A stretch of DNA of 64,000 nucleotides from an uncultured Methanosarcinales archaeon (GTDB lineage Archaea; Nanobdellota; Nanobdellia; Woesearchaeales; GW2011-AR4). The notes beneath the pieces were generated by a model. The model did not search any database and was not told where the DNA came from. It was given only the letters and a program-made list of their open reading frames with translations. Both the position numbers and the translations under genes were made by a program. The stretch is from assembly GCA_964607225.1 (NCBI GenBank), contig CAZSIU010000001.1:18-64017 (forward strand). The letters are read 5' to 3'. Positions within the stretch are counted from its first letter, which is position 1. Each line of letters opens with the position of its first letter. Positions 1 through 10,024 of the stretch are shown here, piece by piece.

Positions 1-608
1 ATTATTGCATTTGGCACAAACAAAACTTTCATTCCAAGTAACCTTATTCTTAAACCTAAGTCAAAGTCTTCAGCATAAATGAAATAATCTGGGTCAAATA
101 AATAGTCATATTGATCAACAACTTCTTTCTTGATTAAGCCAACTCCTAAGTATGGAATTTCTTTAACAGTTTTTTCATGATTTCCTTTTATATGCCCACA
201 GTAAAAAGCCCTTGAAACCCAAGTGCCATTAGACTTTAAATTTTTATTATAATAATTGACTAACTTTGGCGCAGTCATTGCAGTATTTTTGTCTGACTTA
301 ATAACTTTAAGCATACTACTAATACAATTTTTATCTATTTCAATATCATTATTCAAAAATAATATGTAGTCTCCAGTACAATACCTTAATCCAGAATTGA
401 TTCCAGAATAGCCTAAATTTCTTTTATTCGCAATAAGTTTAACATTTTTATAATTTTTTTTAATAAAATCTTGACTATTGTCATTGGAGTTATTATCAAC
501 TACAATTATTTCATAATTTTTATAAGTTGATTCTGAAATCGATTTTAACAAGGTTTTCAATAAATCTTTTCCATTATAGTTAACAATAACAATTGAGATT
601 TGCTTCAT
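1..608 (-). CDS. GT2 family glycosyltransferase (3'-truncated by window edge)
   Basis: Not in ORF track. Reverse complement reads MKQISIVIVNYNG...EIIVVDNNS...NLGYSGIN...YIFLNNDIE. ATG at 608 overlaps the TGA of the upstream gene (ATGA). Confidence 0.9.
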   Translation of the reverse strand, partial: MKQISIVIVNYNGKDLLKTLLKSISESTYKNYEIIVVDNNSNDNSQDFIKKNYKNVKLIANKRNLGYSGINSGLRYCTGDYILFLNNDIEIDKNCISSMLKVIKSDKNTAMTAPKLVNYYNKNLKSNGTWVSRAFYCGHIKGNHEKTVKEIPYLGVGLIKKEVVDQYDYLFDPDYFIYAEDFDLGLRIRLLGMKVLFVPNAI

Positions 609-1156
609 TTCGAATATTTAACAACTCTTAAAGTAAAGTCTATTTTTAGTATTATTTCTCCGAGCAGATAACTTACTAAATGTCTCAAATTTAAAACATT
701 TGGAAATAAAAACTTAGGCAACGGTATAGGCGGAATTATCCATCCAATCTTTGATGGGATCAACCTAACTTTCTCAAGATTAAAGCCATAGAAAGAATCG
801 TAAGCTCTGCTTTTTTCTGTAAAAAATTTCATGCTATCTATATTAAAAAAATAATTGTGATTTGGGTAGAAAGCTGCTGAAGAATGCCAGTATGGAACTA
901 TAAGTCTTACTTTTGCATTATGTTTTGATACTCTATGAATTTCTTTCATTGCTTTAAATAATTCCATTAAATGCTCTATTACATCTTGCCCGTAAATTTC
1001 ATCAAAGTAATTATTTGGAAATGGCCATGGATACTTATCCAAATCATGAGCAACATCTACACCCTTAAGCTTTATCTTATCAAGATTAACATAGCCTTTT
1101 TTAGCATCTAATCCGCAACCAAGATTCAGTTTTCTTGGCTTATTTTTTTTGGTCAT
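605..1156 (-). CDS. Class I SAM-dependent methyltransferase (glycan-cluster type)
   Basis: LNLGCG motif I, HDLDKYPWPF, DVIEHL. Confidence 0.85.
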   Translation of the reverse strand: MTKKNKPRKLNLGCGLDAKKGYVNLDKIKLKGVDVAHDLDKYPWPFPNNYFDEIYGQDVIEHLMELFKAMKEIHRVSKHNAKVRLIVPYWHSSAAFYPNHNYFFNIDSMKFFTEKSRAYDSFYGFNLEKVRLIPSKIGWIIPPIPLPKFLFPNVLNLRHLVSYLLGEIILKIDFTLRVVKYSK

Positions 1157-1875
1157 TTGATTTTATATTTCTTCCATCTTTTCGTTGAAAGGCTCATATC
1201 AACAGTAACTGGAGGACCGTCATACTCCTCTAGTGTCATTTTCCCTACCGCTTTCGAGCCTGCAAGCAAGGCCAATTCATACATGCTCATCCTCTTGTCA
1301 CCAACAATGTGTAGTATCCCTGTCTCTTTTTTATCAAAAACATCTTTGATTCCCTCAGCCACGTTGTCTGTGAAAAGGTAGGTGCCAAACCTGTCCACAA
1401 ATGCCTTTGGGTATTTCCACTGCTGTTTTGGAACAAAGTTTGTTCTTATTATGCATGTATTCTTGTATTGCCTTGCTACCAACTCTCCGCAAAGCTTTGT
1501 AAAGGAATAATAATTTTTAGGAGCGGGAATATCATCTTCCGTATAATATTTCTCATGCTCTCCTGCAAATACGCATGCAGTAGACATATAGACAAGGTAG
1601 CAATCGTTGCTCAATTTTTTTAAGGCATTTACAATATTTTGAGTTCCTTCAACATTAGTATTCCAAGCCCTTTCCCTGTCCTTCTCACAGCCCCTTATAT
1701 CAACGAATGCCGCTGCATGAAGCAATGCACCCGGCTCATAGCTTAGAATAGCCTTATTGACAGCATCAGCATCTGCCACATCCATTTCTCCATGAGTAGG
1801 AAAATATGCATCAGGAAAAACCTTTTTTAAGGACCTTCCCAATGCTCCATTCCCTCCAGTAATAAGGATTTTCAT
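1153..1875 (-). CDS. RmlD-like dTDP-4-keto-sugar reductase (SDR)
   Basis: MKILITGGNGALG, HAAAFVD, YMST, YSFTK. Start moved to ATG 1875 (TATA-like box about 25 bp upstream). Confidence 0.8.
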   Translation of the reverse strand: MKILITGGNGALGRSLKKVFPDAYFPTHGEMDVADADAVNKAILSYEPGALLHAAAFVDIRGCEKDRERAWNTNVEGTQNIVNALKKLSNDCYLVYMSTACVFAGEHEKYYTEDDIPAPKNYYSFTKLCGELVARQYKNTCIIRTNFVPKQQWKYPKAFVDRFGTYLFTDNVAEGIKDVFDKKETGILHIVGDKRMSMYELALLAGSKAVGKMTLEEYDGPPVTVDMSLSTKRWKKYKIK

Positions 1876-1951
1876 GCTATTTAGGAACATTTATACCCTA
1901 TTTAAAACTTATGAGAAAATTTATAAACCCAGCAAGAGTCTTTTGGCCTTG

Positions 1952-3220
1952 ATGACGTCAATAACAATAGTCGGATTGGGCTATGTGGGCTTGCCATTGG
2001 CATGCCTGTGTGTGGAAAAAGGCCTTGATGTGTATGGGGTTGATATAGACAAAAACAAGCTTTCATTAATAGAAAAAGGGATAAGCCCTATAGACGACCC
2101 TAATCTAAAAGATAAGGTAAAAGGGATAAAAGGAAAGCTCAAAGTCGCGGATGACTTTGGCAAAGCAATAAAAAGCTCTTCAGTCGTGATTGTTTGCGTT
2201 CCAACGCCAGTTGATAACAACCATCTTCCTGACCTAAGTCCATTAAAAAATGCGTGTGAAAGCATCTCAAAGCATCTTCAAGAAGATACCCTGGTAATAA
2301 TAGAATCTACAATCTTTCCCGGAACCACAGAAGATATCATTTTGCCAATATTAAAAAGCTCTGGCGTGAATTTTTACCTTGCTCACTGCCCCGAGAGGAT
2401 AGACCCGGGAAATAAAAGATGGAATGTTCAGAATCTTCCGAGAGTTGTTGGCGGCATTACAAAAGAAGCGGCAAAAAAGGCAACTGAGTTCTACAAAAAA
2501 ATCGTTGATGCCGAGATAACAGAACTGAGCAGCGTAAAAGCTGCAGAAGCCACGAAGATAATGGAAAACACTTTTAGGGACATAAACATTGCATTCGTGA
2601 ATGAGATGGCCATGAGCTTTGACAAAGCCGGAATAGACATATTGGAAGTGCTTAAAGGCGCATCTACCAAGCCGTTTGCCTTCATGCCCCACTATCCTGG
2701 AGCCGGGGTTGGCGGTCATTGCATAGCAATTGATCCATATTATTTAATCGCCAAGGCAAAGCAGATTGGATTTGATCATAATTTCCTGATTCTTGCAAGA
2801 AAAATCAATGAAGGCATGCCTCGGTATGCAGTTGAATTATTGGAAAAAGAATTAAAAAAACTGAATAAGAAAATTGAAAATTCAAAAATTGGAATTTTAG
2901 GGCTTGCATACAAGGCGAATGTTGATGATATAAGGGAAAGCCCTGCATTGAAAATAATAGATATTCTTAAGGAGAAAGGCGCAGAGGTTTTTGTCTTTGA
3001 CCCTCATGTGAGAAAAGGAAGTAATGTTAAGGATTTAGACGAGCTATTGCAGAAAAGCGATTATATAATCCTGGTTACAGATCATGATGAGTTTAGGAAT
3101 ATTGATGTGGAGAAATTGAAGAAAAATAACATCAAAGTTATTATTGACGGGAAGAATTGCCTAGATAAAGAGAAGATAAAAGAAATGGGAATATCGTACC
3201 ACGGAATTGGGAGGTCTTAA
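1952..3220 (+). CDS. UDP-N-acetylhexosamine 6-dehydrogenase (WecC/WbpA family)
   Basis: GLGYVG, CVPTP, IESTIFPG, PERIDPG, GVGGHC, DDIRESP. Start ATG 1952 after TTTATAAA at 1920-1927. Confidence 0.92.
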   Translation: MTSITIVGLGYVGLPLACLCVEKGLDVYGVDIDKNKLSLIEKGISPIDDPNLKDKVKGIKGKLKVADDFGKAIKSSSVVIVCVPTPVDNNHLPDLSPLKNACESISKHLQEDTLVIIESTIFPGTTEDIILPILKSSGVNFYLAHCPERIDPGNKRWNVQNLPRVVGGITKEAAKKATEFYKKIVDAEITELSSVKAAEATKIMENTFRDINIAFVNEMAMSFDKAGIDILEVLKGASTKPFAFMPHYPGAGVGGHCIAIDPYYLIAKAKQIGFDHNFLILARKINEGMPRYAVELLEKELKKLNKKIENSKIGILGLAYKANVDDIRESPALKIIDILKEKGAEVFVFDPHVRKGSNVKDLDELLQKSDYIILVTDHDEFRNIDVEKLKKNNIKVIIDGKNCLDKEKIKEMGISYHGIGRS

Positions 3221-4125
3221 CTATTCTGGTTTCTGAACCCAAGAATCTTCCTTATTCCTTCCCTTATCATGGTTTTCGGCTCCCAACCAAGGGTTTTCAT
3301 CTTTGAAATGTCTGGTATCCTATATTCAATTTCCCTTTCCTTCAGTCTCGTATCTTTTCCAAAACCTGCTTTCACTATCTCTGATTTGCTTCCAGTTGCT
3401 TCTTTTATTATGTTGGCTAGCTCTAGTATGGTGGTTGGATGGTTGTTTCCTATGTTATAAGCCTCCCCTGTTTTTCCTTTTTCAACAACCTTCATTACTG
3501 CCTCTATAATATCACCAACATAAGTAAAGCATCTGGTCTGGCTCCCATCCCCAAATATTTCTATTGGCTCATTTTTAAGAGCTTTATTTATGAAGATTGG
3601 AACAACAAATTTTGGCGATTGCCTATGCCCGTATACATTGAAAAACCTCACTATCTTTATATCGCTCCTGAACTCATGGTTGTAGGATTTTGCATATATT
3701 TCTGCTGCAAGTTTTGAGACACCATACACAGAAATAGGGCATTTTACGCTGCCCTCCCTTATGGGCAATTCGCTTGGGTTTCCATACACTTCTGAGGAAG
3801 ACGCATAAATCATGTGTTTGACTCCTGCCTCTACCGATGATTTAAAGACATTCACAGAGCCCTCAAGATTGATCCTCATCGTCTCCAAAGGCTTGTTATC
3901 AGAATTCTCTACCCCAAGGATAGCTGCAAAATGAAATACTATGCCGGAGCCCTTAATGTCTTCTGCCAGCTCATCCATAACTGATTTATTAATCCATTTA
4001 AGGTTATCATGTTTAACATCTGGCTCTGCTAAATCAAGCACTTTTACCTTATATCCTTGCTTCAGAAGATGTTCAATTAGGGGTAATCCGATAAGGCCAG
4101 AGCCTCCTGTGACGAATGCTTTCAT
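3217..4125 (-). CDS. NAD-dependent sugar epimerase/dehydratase
   Basis: GGSGLIG, SSSEVYG, YGVSK, RFFNVYG, GSQTRCF. Confidence 0.9.
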   Translation of the reverse strand: MKAFVTGGSGLIGLPLIEHLLKQGYKVKVLDLAEPDVKHDNLKWINKSVMDELAEDIKGSGIVFHFAAILGVENSDNKPLETMRINLEGSVNVFKSSVEAGVKHMIYASSSEVYGNPSELPIREGSVKCPISVYGVSKLAAEIYAKSYNHEFRSDIKIVRFFNVYGHRQSPKFVVPIFINKALKNEPIEIFGDGSQTRCFTYVGDIIEAVMKVVEKGKTGEAYNIGNNHPTTILELANIIKEATGSKSEIVKAGFGKDTRLKEREIEYRIPDISKMKTLGWEPKTMIREGIRKILGFRNQNS

Positions 4126-4170
4126 GGGAAGAAGTTTTATCTAGGTTGTTTATAAAATTAACTGTGGGCT

Positions 4171-5277
4171 TTAGTTCTTAAAATGGTCAACCAAAACTTT
4201 GACAATCCTTTGTGCGGCTTTGCCATCCCAAAGCTCTGGAATTTTATTTCTGAAATTTACCTTATTATCTATAACTTCGAATGCCTTTTTTATCACTCTT
4301 TCTTTAGTAGTGCTGACTAAGAGGTTTGTGCCCTGCTCAACAGTAACAGGCCTTTCCGTATTATTCCGCAGGGTAATGCAAGGAACGCCTAAAACAGTTG
4401 CCTCTTCCTGTATGCCTCCAGAATCAGTCAGAACAAGCTTGCTGTTATCCATCAGACATAGAAAGTCAAGATACCCCAATGGCTCTGTCAATGTTAAGTT
4501 TTCCATACCCTTTACTTTCTCCAATAACCTGTATTTTGTTATGCTTCCATTGCTTCTTGGGTGTGTGGGGTATATAACCTTAATATGTTTCTGGATTTCA
4601 TAAATTATATCCAAAATCCTGTTAAACATCACCTCGTTATCCACATTGCTCGGCCTATGCAGTGTCAAGGCTGCATAATTTTTCTTGGTAATATTTAATT
4701 TTTTTAGTATATCCGAACTTTTAGCCTTTTCCCTGTGGCCCAATAAGGTGTCTATCATGACGTTCCCGACAAAAAATATCTTTCTTTTGTCTATGCCCTC
4801 ATTGGCAAGGTTTCTATTTGCAGCTTCTTCTGTAGTGAATAAAAAATCAGCAATCCTGTCTGTCATGACCCTGTTAATTTCTTCTGGCATACCCATATCA
4901 AAGCTCCTTAAACCAGCTTCGACATGAGCGACTTTTATCCCTAATTTCTTTGCTGTTAACGTGCAAGCCAAAGTGGAATTGACATCTCCTACTACAACAA
5001 CAAGATCAGGAATTATTTTGTGCAATATCTTCTCAAATCTTACCATTACCTCTCCTGTTTGCAGCGCATGGCTTCCAGAACCGACTTCAAGGTTTATATC
5101 GGGCTTGGGTATCTTTAAATCCCTAAAAAATAATTTTGAAAGCTGCTTGTCATAATGCTGTCCTGTATGTACAAAAATATGTTCAATCTCTTTGTATTTG
5201 CCCATCTCTTTTATTAATGGGGCTATCTTGACGAAATTTGGTCTTGTGCCTGCTACACTTACAACCTTAATTTTCAT
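4171..5277 (-). CDS. wecB: UDP-N-acetylglucosamine 2-epimerase (non-hydrolysing; WecB/WbpI-like)
   Basis: GTRPNFVK, HTGQHYD, GDVNST, HVEAGLRS, PEEINR, DSGGIQEE. Confidence 0.93.
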   Translation of the reverse strand: MKIKVVSVAGTRPNFVKIAPLIKEMGKYKEIEHIFVHTGQHYDKQLSKLFFRDLKIPKPDINLEVGSGSHALQTGEVMVRFEKILHKIIPDLVVVVGDVNSTLACTLTAKKLGIKVAHVEAGLRSFDMGMPEEINRVMTDRIADFLFTTEEAANRNLANEGIDKRKIFFVGNVMIDTLLGHREKAKSSDILKKLNITKKNYAALTLHRPSNVDNEVMFNRILDIIYEIQKHIKVIYPTHPRSNGSITKYRLLEKVKGMENLTLTEPLGYLDFLCLMDNSKLVLTDSGGIQEEATVLGVPCITLRNNTERPVTVEQGTNLLVSTTKERVIKKAFEVIDNKVNFRNKIPELWDGKAAQRIVKVLVDHFKN

Positions 5278-5327
5278 AGCTCCTCGGAAACAAAAGGTAT
5301 ATAAATAATTTCCTACTGCGAAAGATT

Positions 5328-6470
5328 ATGAAAAAACTCAAGATAGCGGCTGTTATCCCACCTCACGTTGCAACGCAGTCTTTCATAAACTTGGCAAAGG
5401 TCTACTCGCATATTGTTAAAAAATACAACGCGAAGATAACTGTGTTTATAGATAAAAAATTGAATCTTAAATTCAAGAATCTGAAAACTAAAAAAGTTTT
5501 CGGGCTTGATAATCATTTTGGTTTGTACAAAATTTTATTTTTCCTGGGACTTCCAAGATTTTATTATCCAAAGCTTGTAAAAAAGCTTAAAGGCTTTGAT
5601 GTTATCGAATCCAGTACTCCGGAATTTTACATTTACGCATTGCACTCATACCATGCCGCAAAAAAATACAATGCAAGACTGGTATTAAGAACCAGCCAGA
5701 CAATATACGATTTTTACCTGTTTCCTTACACAAAATTCATAGCGTTGTTCTTTGCCAAAAAAGCATGCAAATTCGCCGCTAGCTTGTGCTTTACAAACCC
5801 TGAATCCATGAATGCTTACTTAAAAATCGGTTTATTGCCTGAAAGTATGAGAAATTCAAAAAAAATCAAGGTCATAGGGCATGCTGTTGATACAAAAATT
5901 TTCAGACCATTGAATTTAAAGAAAGATAAAAATAAAACAATTTTACTTTCAGTAGCTGCACTTTTAAAATTAAAAGGCCATCAGAACATTATTAAGGCAG
6001 TAAAGTTTCTTATTGATAAAAATTATGAAAATATTGAATTGTGGATTGTTGGGAAAGGGGATTATGAAAGTTTTTTAAAAAATCTTGCTAAAAATCTGGA
6101 AATTTCTGAATATGTCAAATTTCTTGGTTCGTTGTCTCATGAAGAGCTTGCGAGGGTTTATAATAAAGCCCACATATTTGTATCAGGGAATACCCATGAT
6201 GTTACACCTGCTGTAAGCGAGGCAATGTTATGTAAATTGCCAGTTGTAGCGGGAAGATGCGGAGGAATAGACTTTGTAATCCCCTCAAAAAACTATGGGA
6301 TAATAACAAGATACAATGACCCAGAAGACCTTGCAATAGGCATAGAAAAACTAATGCCAGATAAAAAGCTCCAGGATAAAATAATCAAGAACGCAAGAAA
6401 ATACATTCTAGAAAATTTTTCCATAGAGAAAGTTGCAGAAAAGCTTTATGGCGCTTACACTAAAAATTAA
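5328..6470 (+). CDS. GT4 family glycosyltransferase
   Basis: GT-B features: LKGHQ, IVGKG, SEAMLCKLPVV, C-terminal NFSIEKVAEK. Confidence 0.88.
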   Translation: MKKLKIAAVIPPHVATQSFINLAKVYSHIVKKYNAKITVFIDKKLNLKFKNLKTKKVFGLDNHFGLYKILFFLGLPRFYYPKLVKKLKGFDVIESSTPEFYIYALHSYHAAKKYNARLVLRTSQTIYDFYLFPYTKFIALFFAKKACKFAASLCFTNPESMNAYLKIGLLPESMRNSKKIKVIGHAVDTKIFRPLNLKKDKNKTILLSVAALLKLKGHQNIIKAVKFLIDKNYENIELWIVGKGDYESFLKNLAKNLEISEYVKFLGSLSHEELARVYNKAHIFVSGNTHDVTPAVSEAMLCKLPVVAGRCGGIDFVIPSKNYGIITRYNDPEDLAIGIEKLMPDKKLQDKIIKNARKYILENFSIEKVAEKLYGAYTKN

Positions 6471-7618
6471 ACCAAATCCAGCATATTAAAATCCCTTGCC
6501 TTGTTTTTATTAAGGTGTACATTTACTGCCTGAAGAATAAACATTGTAACCCATGAATTTACATGTTTAGCATTATTATTCTCCGGGTAAAACCATGCCT
6601 TTCCTGAAATAAACCCGCCATAAGATTCCTTGCCGTTATCCACGCATTGAAAATCAAAAATTCTTTTTATTCCTAAATCAAGATTTATATTATTTATATT
6701 TTCCAAATCCTCCATTAATAAGCGCAATCTTATAACTTGAGAGGATATGTCAGGACTTTCGACATTAACAAACCTGCCATCAATGAAATATGCTGGAAAT
6801 CCCCCATTTGGCATCTGATGTCTTATTACCCAGTTTAAGCCATTAGCTGCAGATTCGATATACTTCCTTTCATTTAAGATTATTCCAGCAGAAAGTAAGC
6901 CTTCCATAGTATAGCAATGGGCATGCACAAAAGTACTCTTATCCTTATCATCCGTAACAAATCTTCCGTCATTTTCCTGAAATTTAAGCGCAAAATCGCA
7001 TATTTTTCTTGCTGCTTCCTTATACTTTTCATCTTTCAAAATATCATATAAATTTAACAAACCTATAGATACTTTTGCAAGGAAGCTTCCTGACTGCTTT
7101 GACCATTTGTTTCCATTTTCCTCGAACTCATTTCTTTCCCTAAAATGTCTTGTATAAAATGAGCCATCATCCTTCTGCATCTTATTTATCAGCCAATACG
7201 CCACTTTCTGGGAAATTTCGAGATATTTTTCGTCTTTTGTAGCCCTATAGAGATTTGCCAGTCCATTCAGGCACACCCCTGCATCGAAGGTGCAAAATCT
7301 GTCCATAAAATCATTATCATAACGGCAGAAAAAAGCCTCATTTTGAAAGTAAGCTCTGTTAAGAAGCCAGTCTCCTGCAATTCTTGCCCTATCAATAAAT
7401 AAAACATCATTATTTAATTTATTTAGGTACAATAATGTAGAAATTCCATAACCGGTAATTTCGGAATATGCGAACGAAAATTTTTTTGCGTTTGCATCAT
7501 ACCATGCATTGAAACTTCCATATACCATTGTATCTTGATCAATGTTCTGTATGCCGGAATTCAAAAGCCAGTTTTCCGACAAAGAGATTTTATTTTTTAT
7601 ATTTTTAATATCAATCAA
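6467..7618 (-). CDS. (alpha/alpha)6-barrel protein with QxxDGxF repeats, function unknown
   Basis: YSEITGY motif. Repeats MQKDDGSF, FQENDGRF, HQMPNGGF. Start overlaps the formyltransferase stop. Confidence 0.65.
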   Translation of the reverse strand: MIDIKNIKNKISLSENWLLNSGIQNIDQDTMVYGSFNAWYDANAKKFSFAYSEITGYGISTLLYLNKLNNDVLFIDRARIAGDWLLNRAYFQNEAFFCRYDNDFMDRFCTFDAGVCLNGLANLYRATKDEKYLEISQKVAYWLINKMQKDDGSFYTRHFRERNEFEENGNKWSKQSGSFLAKVSIGLLNLYDILKDEKYKEAARKICDFALKFQENDGRFVTDDKDKSTFVHAHCYTMEGLLSAGIILNERKYIESAANGLNWVIRHQMPNGGFPAYFIDGRFVNVESPDISSQVIRLRLLMEDLENINNINLDLGIKRIFDFQCVDNGKESYGGFISGKAWFYPENNNAKHVNSWVTMFILQAVNVHLNKNKARDFNMLDLV

Positions 7619-8540
7619 ATTTCTCAGACTCCTTTAAGTTATATTTTTTTGCAAAATCATCACCTGACATCTCTATGCCATCCTCAAACTGTGCCTTCTT
7701 GATCAATAGGTTTCCCCTGCCTGTACCAACAACAATTCCTTTTCGATCCAATATTTTGGCTATAACGCCGGATTTTTCGCCGGAACCCGCGGCTATCTCA
7801 GACTCCCAGATAAATATCTTTTTATTGTTATAAAAGGTAAATGCTCCGGGATAAGGCTTTGTTATTGCCCTGATTAAATTATAAATCTCTGTATTTGATT
7901 TCTTCCAGTCAATTTTTCCATCCTCAGGCTTCCTTCTAGGAAGGTAAGTAGCTTCCTCCTTATTCTGTCTTTTTCTTGGCGCCTTGCTTTCTTTTATCAA
8001 AGGCAGATTCTTCCTTAACATCTCTACCGCCAGTGAATCGGCTTTGGCAAATAACGTCCTTATATTGTCTCTCTCATTGATGTCAAATTTGCGTTGGTCA
8101 ATTATATCTCCTTTGTCAATTTTATCTTCCAGATAAAAAAGCGTAACTCCCCATTCTTTCTCTCCTTTTATTAAAGCCCAGTTTAAAGATGCTGCCCCTT
8201 GGTTCTGGGGCAAAAAAGAGTTATGTACCCCGATGCATCCTTTGTTGGGTATCTCAAGAATTTCTTTTGGTATTATCTGCGACCATCCTGACTCAAGTAT
8301 GATATCCGGATTAAGGTTTTTAATCAATTTTATAATTTTAGAATCATTTATCTTATCTACCTTAAATAATTTAATGTTATTCTTTTGAGCTAAATCATCA
8401 AGACTCGCAAATCTAGCTTTTTTATTTGCATATTTATCCTCTAACGTGAAAATGCCAATTATCTCAAACTCATTGTTCTTTAAAATTTCATTCACAAATT
8501 TTTTTGTAGATTCAGTACATCCAATAACTGCTATTTTCAT
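7611..8540 (-). CDS. Fmt/ArnA-like formyltransferase, probably a sugar N-formyltransferase
   Basis: HNSFLPQNQG (HxSLLPxxxG), DKIDKGDII, RRKPEDGKIDW, RAITKPYPGAFT. Start set at MKIAVIG. Confidence 0.85.
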   Translation of the reverse strand: MKIAVIGCTESTKKFVNEILKNNEFEIIGIFTLEDKYANKKARFASLDDLAQKNNIKLFKVDKINDSKIIKLIKNLNPDIILESGWSQIIPKEILEIPNKGCIGVHNSFLPQNQGAASLNWALIKGEKEWGVTLFYLEDKIDKGDIIDQRKFDINERDNIRTLFAKADSLAVEMLRKNLPLIKESKAPRKRQNKEEATYLPRRKPEDGKIDWKKSNTEIYNLIRAITKPYPGAFTFYNNKKIFIWESEIAAGSGEKSGVIAKILDRKGIVVGTGRGNLLIKKAQFEDGIEMSGDDFAKKYNLKESEKFD

Positions 8541-8750
8541 ATGCATGCTAATAGGTCCTAAAAAATAAAATTTTTCGAGGATCCTGAAAATCTCCAATTT
8601 GCATGAGACCGGTGGCATGATTTCATAAGTATCACATTTAGTGGTTTTTGAGCACTACTCATTCCACCTATTAGAGATTGGTGGAATTCCGTTGTTTAAA
8701 CGAGTCAGAGAACCCAACTATATTTAAATAGTTTCCTATAGCTATAAAGT

Positions 8751-9016
8751 GTGGGAAAACTTAAGATTGCATTAGTAATTCCAACGCATTACGACTTACA
8801 TTCCTCATTAAACAACTTGCTCAAGGTGTATTGGTATCTGATAAAAAACAAGAATATAGAAGTCACAATATTCACAGATAAAAAAACAACATAAAATACC
8901 GGGATTTAAATATTGCTGTAAAAATGTCAAAAAATGGCAGGAAGCGTGTTTTGGATAATTTTTCAATAGAGAAAGCAGCGGCAAAAATTTATAAGACATT
9001 CATTAAAGAAAATTAA
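8751..9016 (+). pseudogene. Internally deleted GT4 glycosyltransferase remnant
   Basis: GTG GGA AAA CTT... reads KLKIALVIPTH...LLKVY...VTIFTDKK. After a frameshift it reads KNGRKRVLDNFSIEKAAAKIY...*. These match the N- and C-termini of GT4 5328-6470. TATTTAAATA lies at 8721-8730. Confidence 0.8.
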
Positions 9017-9876
9017 GATGACCTTTTAAGAAAAAGGTTTACATATTTGTTATTTTGACACATCTTTATAAGGGAGGAAGGATTAATAAGTTCTATGGTT
9101 TCTTTTTTTTCATTTATAAATTTAAGCTTAAAACCCTGCTGCTTTAAGAATTGTAAAAAATTTTTTGGAGAATATCCACCTTTTTTCAGATAGTTTGGAC
9201 TGAATTCACATAATATTATAAGACCTTTATTTCTTTTTATTACGCCAATCATACCTTGCATTGCTAAAAATTCTGCTCCTTGAATGTCAATTTTTGCTAT
9301 ATTTGGATTAATTTTTCCTTTGGTGAATTTATCTATCGTTGTTGCTTCAACTTTTATTGCCTTTCTTCCGTCCCCAGTATCATATAAACGATGGTCTCCT
9401 CTATGCTCTTGGGAAAGGTAGAAGTCTAGTGTTTCAGATTCATTGGATATAGCTTTTTGAACTGCCACTACATTTTTATATCCATTAACTTTAATGTTTT
9501 TGACGAGAAGCCTATAATTTGACGGGTCTGGTTCAAAGGCGTATACTTTTCCATTTTTACCTACCAGATTAGCAAAAATCAATGTATGATAGCCTATATT
9601 GGCTCCTATATCAAAAACTATCATTCCCTTTTTGATTATTTTCTCCATTAATTTTATTTCAAAATTTTCTAATGCTGATAACTTCCAAAGATACAGGGCA
9701 AGTATCCTGTCTACTGTGTTTGCATACATCCTATGTTTTTTAACTTTTACCATGATATCCTCATCTGGGCTAAAATGAATATTGATGAATCTTGCACATT
9801 TTCTAAAAAAAGGTATTTCTGCCAAATAATTCACAAGTACACCAGAAAAAAAATTAATAATATGTTGTATTGCCAT
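9013..9876 (-). CDS. FkbM family methyltransferase
   Basis: DIGANIG, AFEPDP, KIDIQGAE. Confidence 0.92.
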   Translation of the reverse strand: MAIQHIINFFSGVLVNYLAEIPFFRKCARFINIHFSPDEDIMVKVKKHRMYANTVDRILALYLWKLSALENFEIKLMEKIIKKGMIVFDIGANIGYHTLIFANLVGKNGKVYAFEPDPSNYRLLVKNIKVNGYKNVVAVQKAISNESETLDFYLSQEHRGDHRLYDTGDGRKAIKVEATTIDKFTKGKINPNIAKIDIQGAEFLAMQGMIGVIKRNKGLIILCEFSPNYLKKGGYSPKNFLQFLKQQGFKLKFINEKKETIELINPSSLIKMCQNNKYVNLFLKRSS

Positions 9877-10024
9877 TGCAAACCACTGTTAATTATGAAA
9901 TTATTTAAAAATTATCTTTTTTGATTAGACTAAAGTTAAATGCGCTAAGTATTTATATCTTCTTGAAAATGGTCTAAAATTAAATAAGAATATTTTAAAT
10001 ATAAGATGATATAGCTCAACTAAA

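Noticed and set aside
7611..8540. Methionyl-tRNA formyltransferase or full ArnA
   Set aside because: Glycan context and no ArnA decarboxylase domain.
8661..8687. Hairpin ATTCCACC-N11-GGTGGAAT as an ncRNA or CRISPR repeat
   Set aside because: Single copy with no array or recognisable RNA family.
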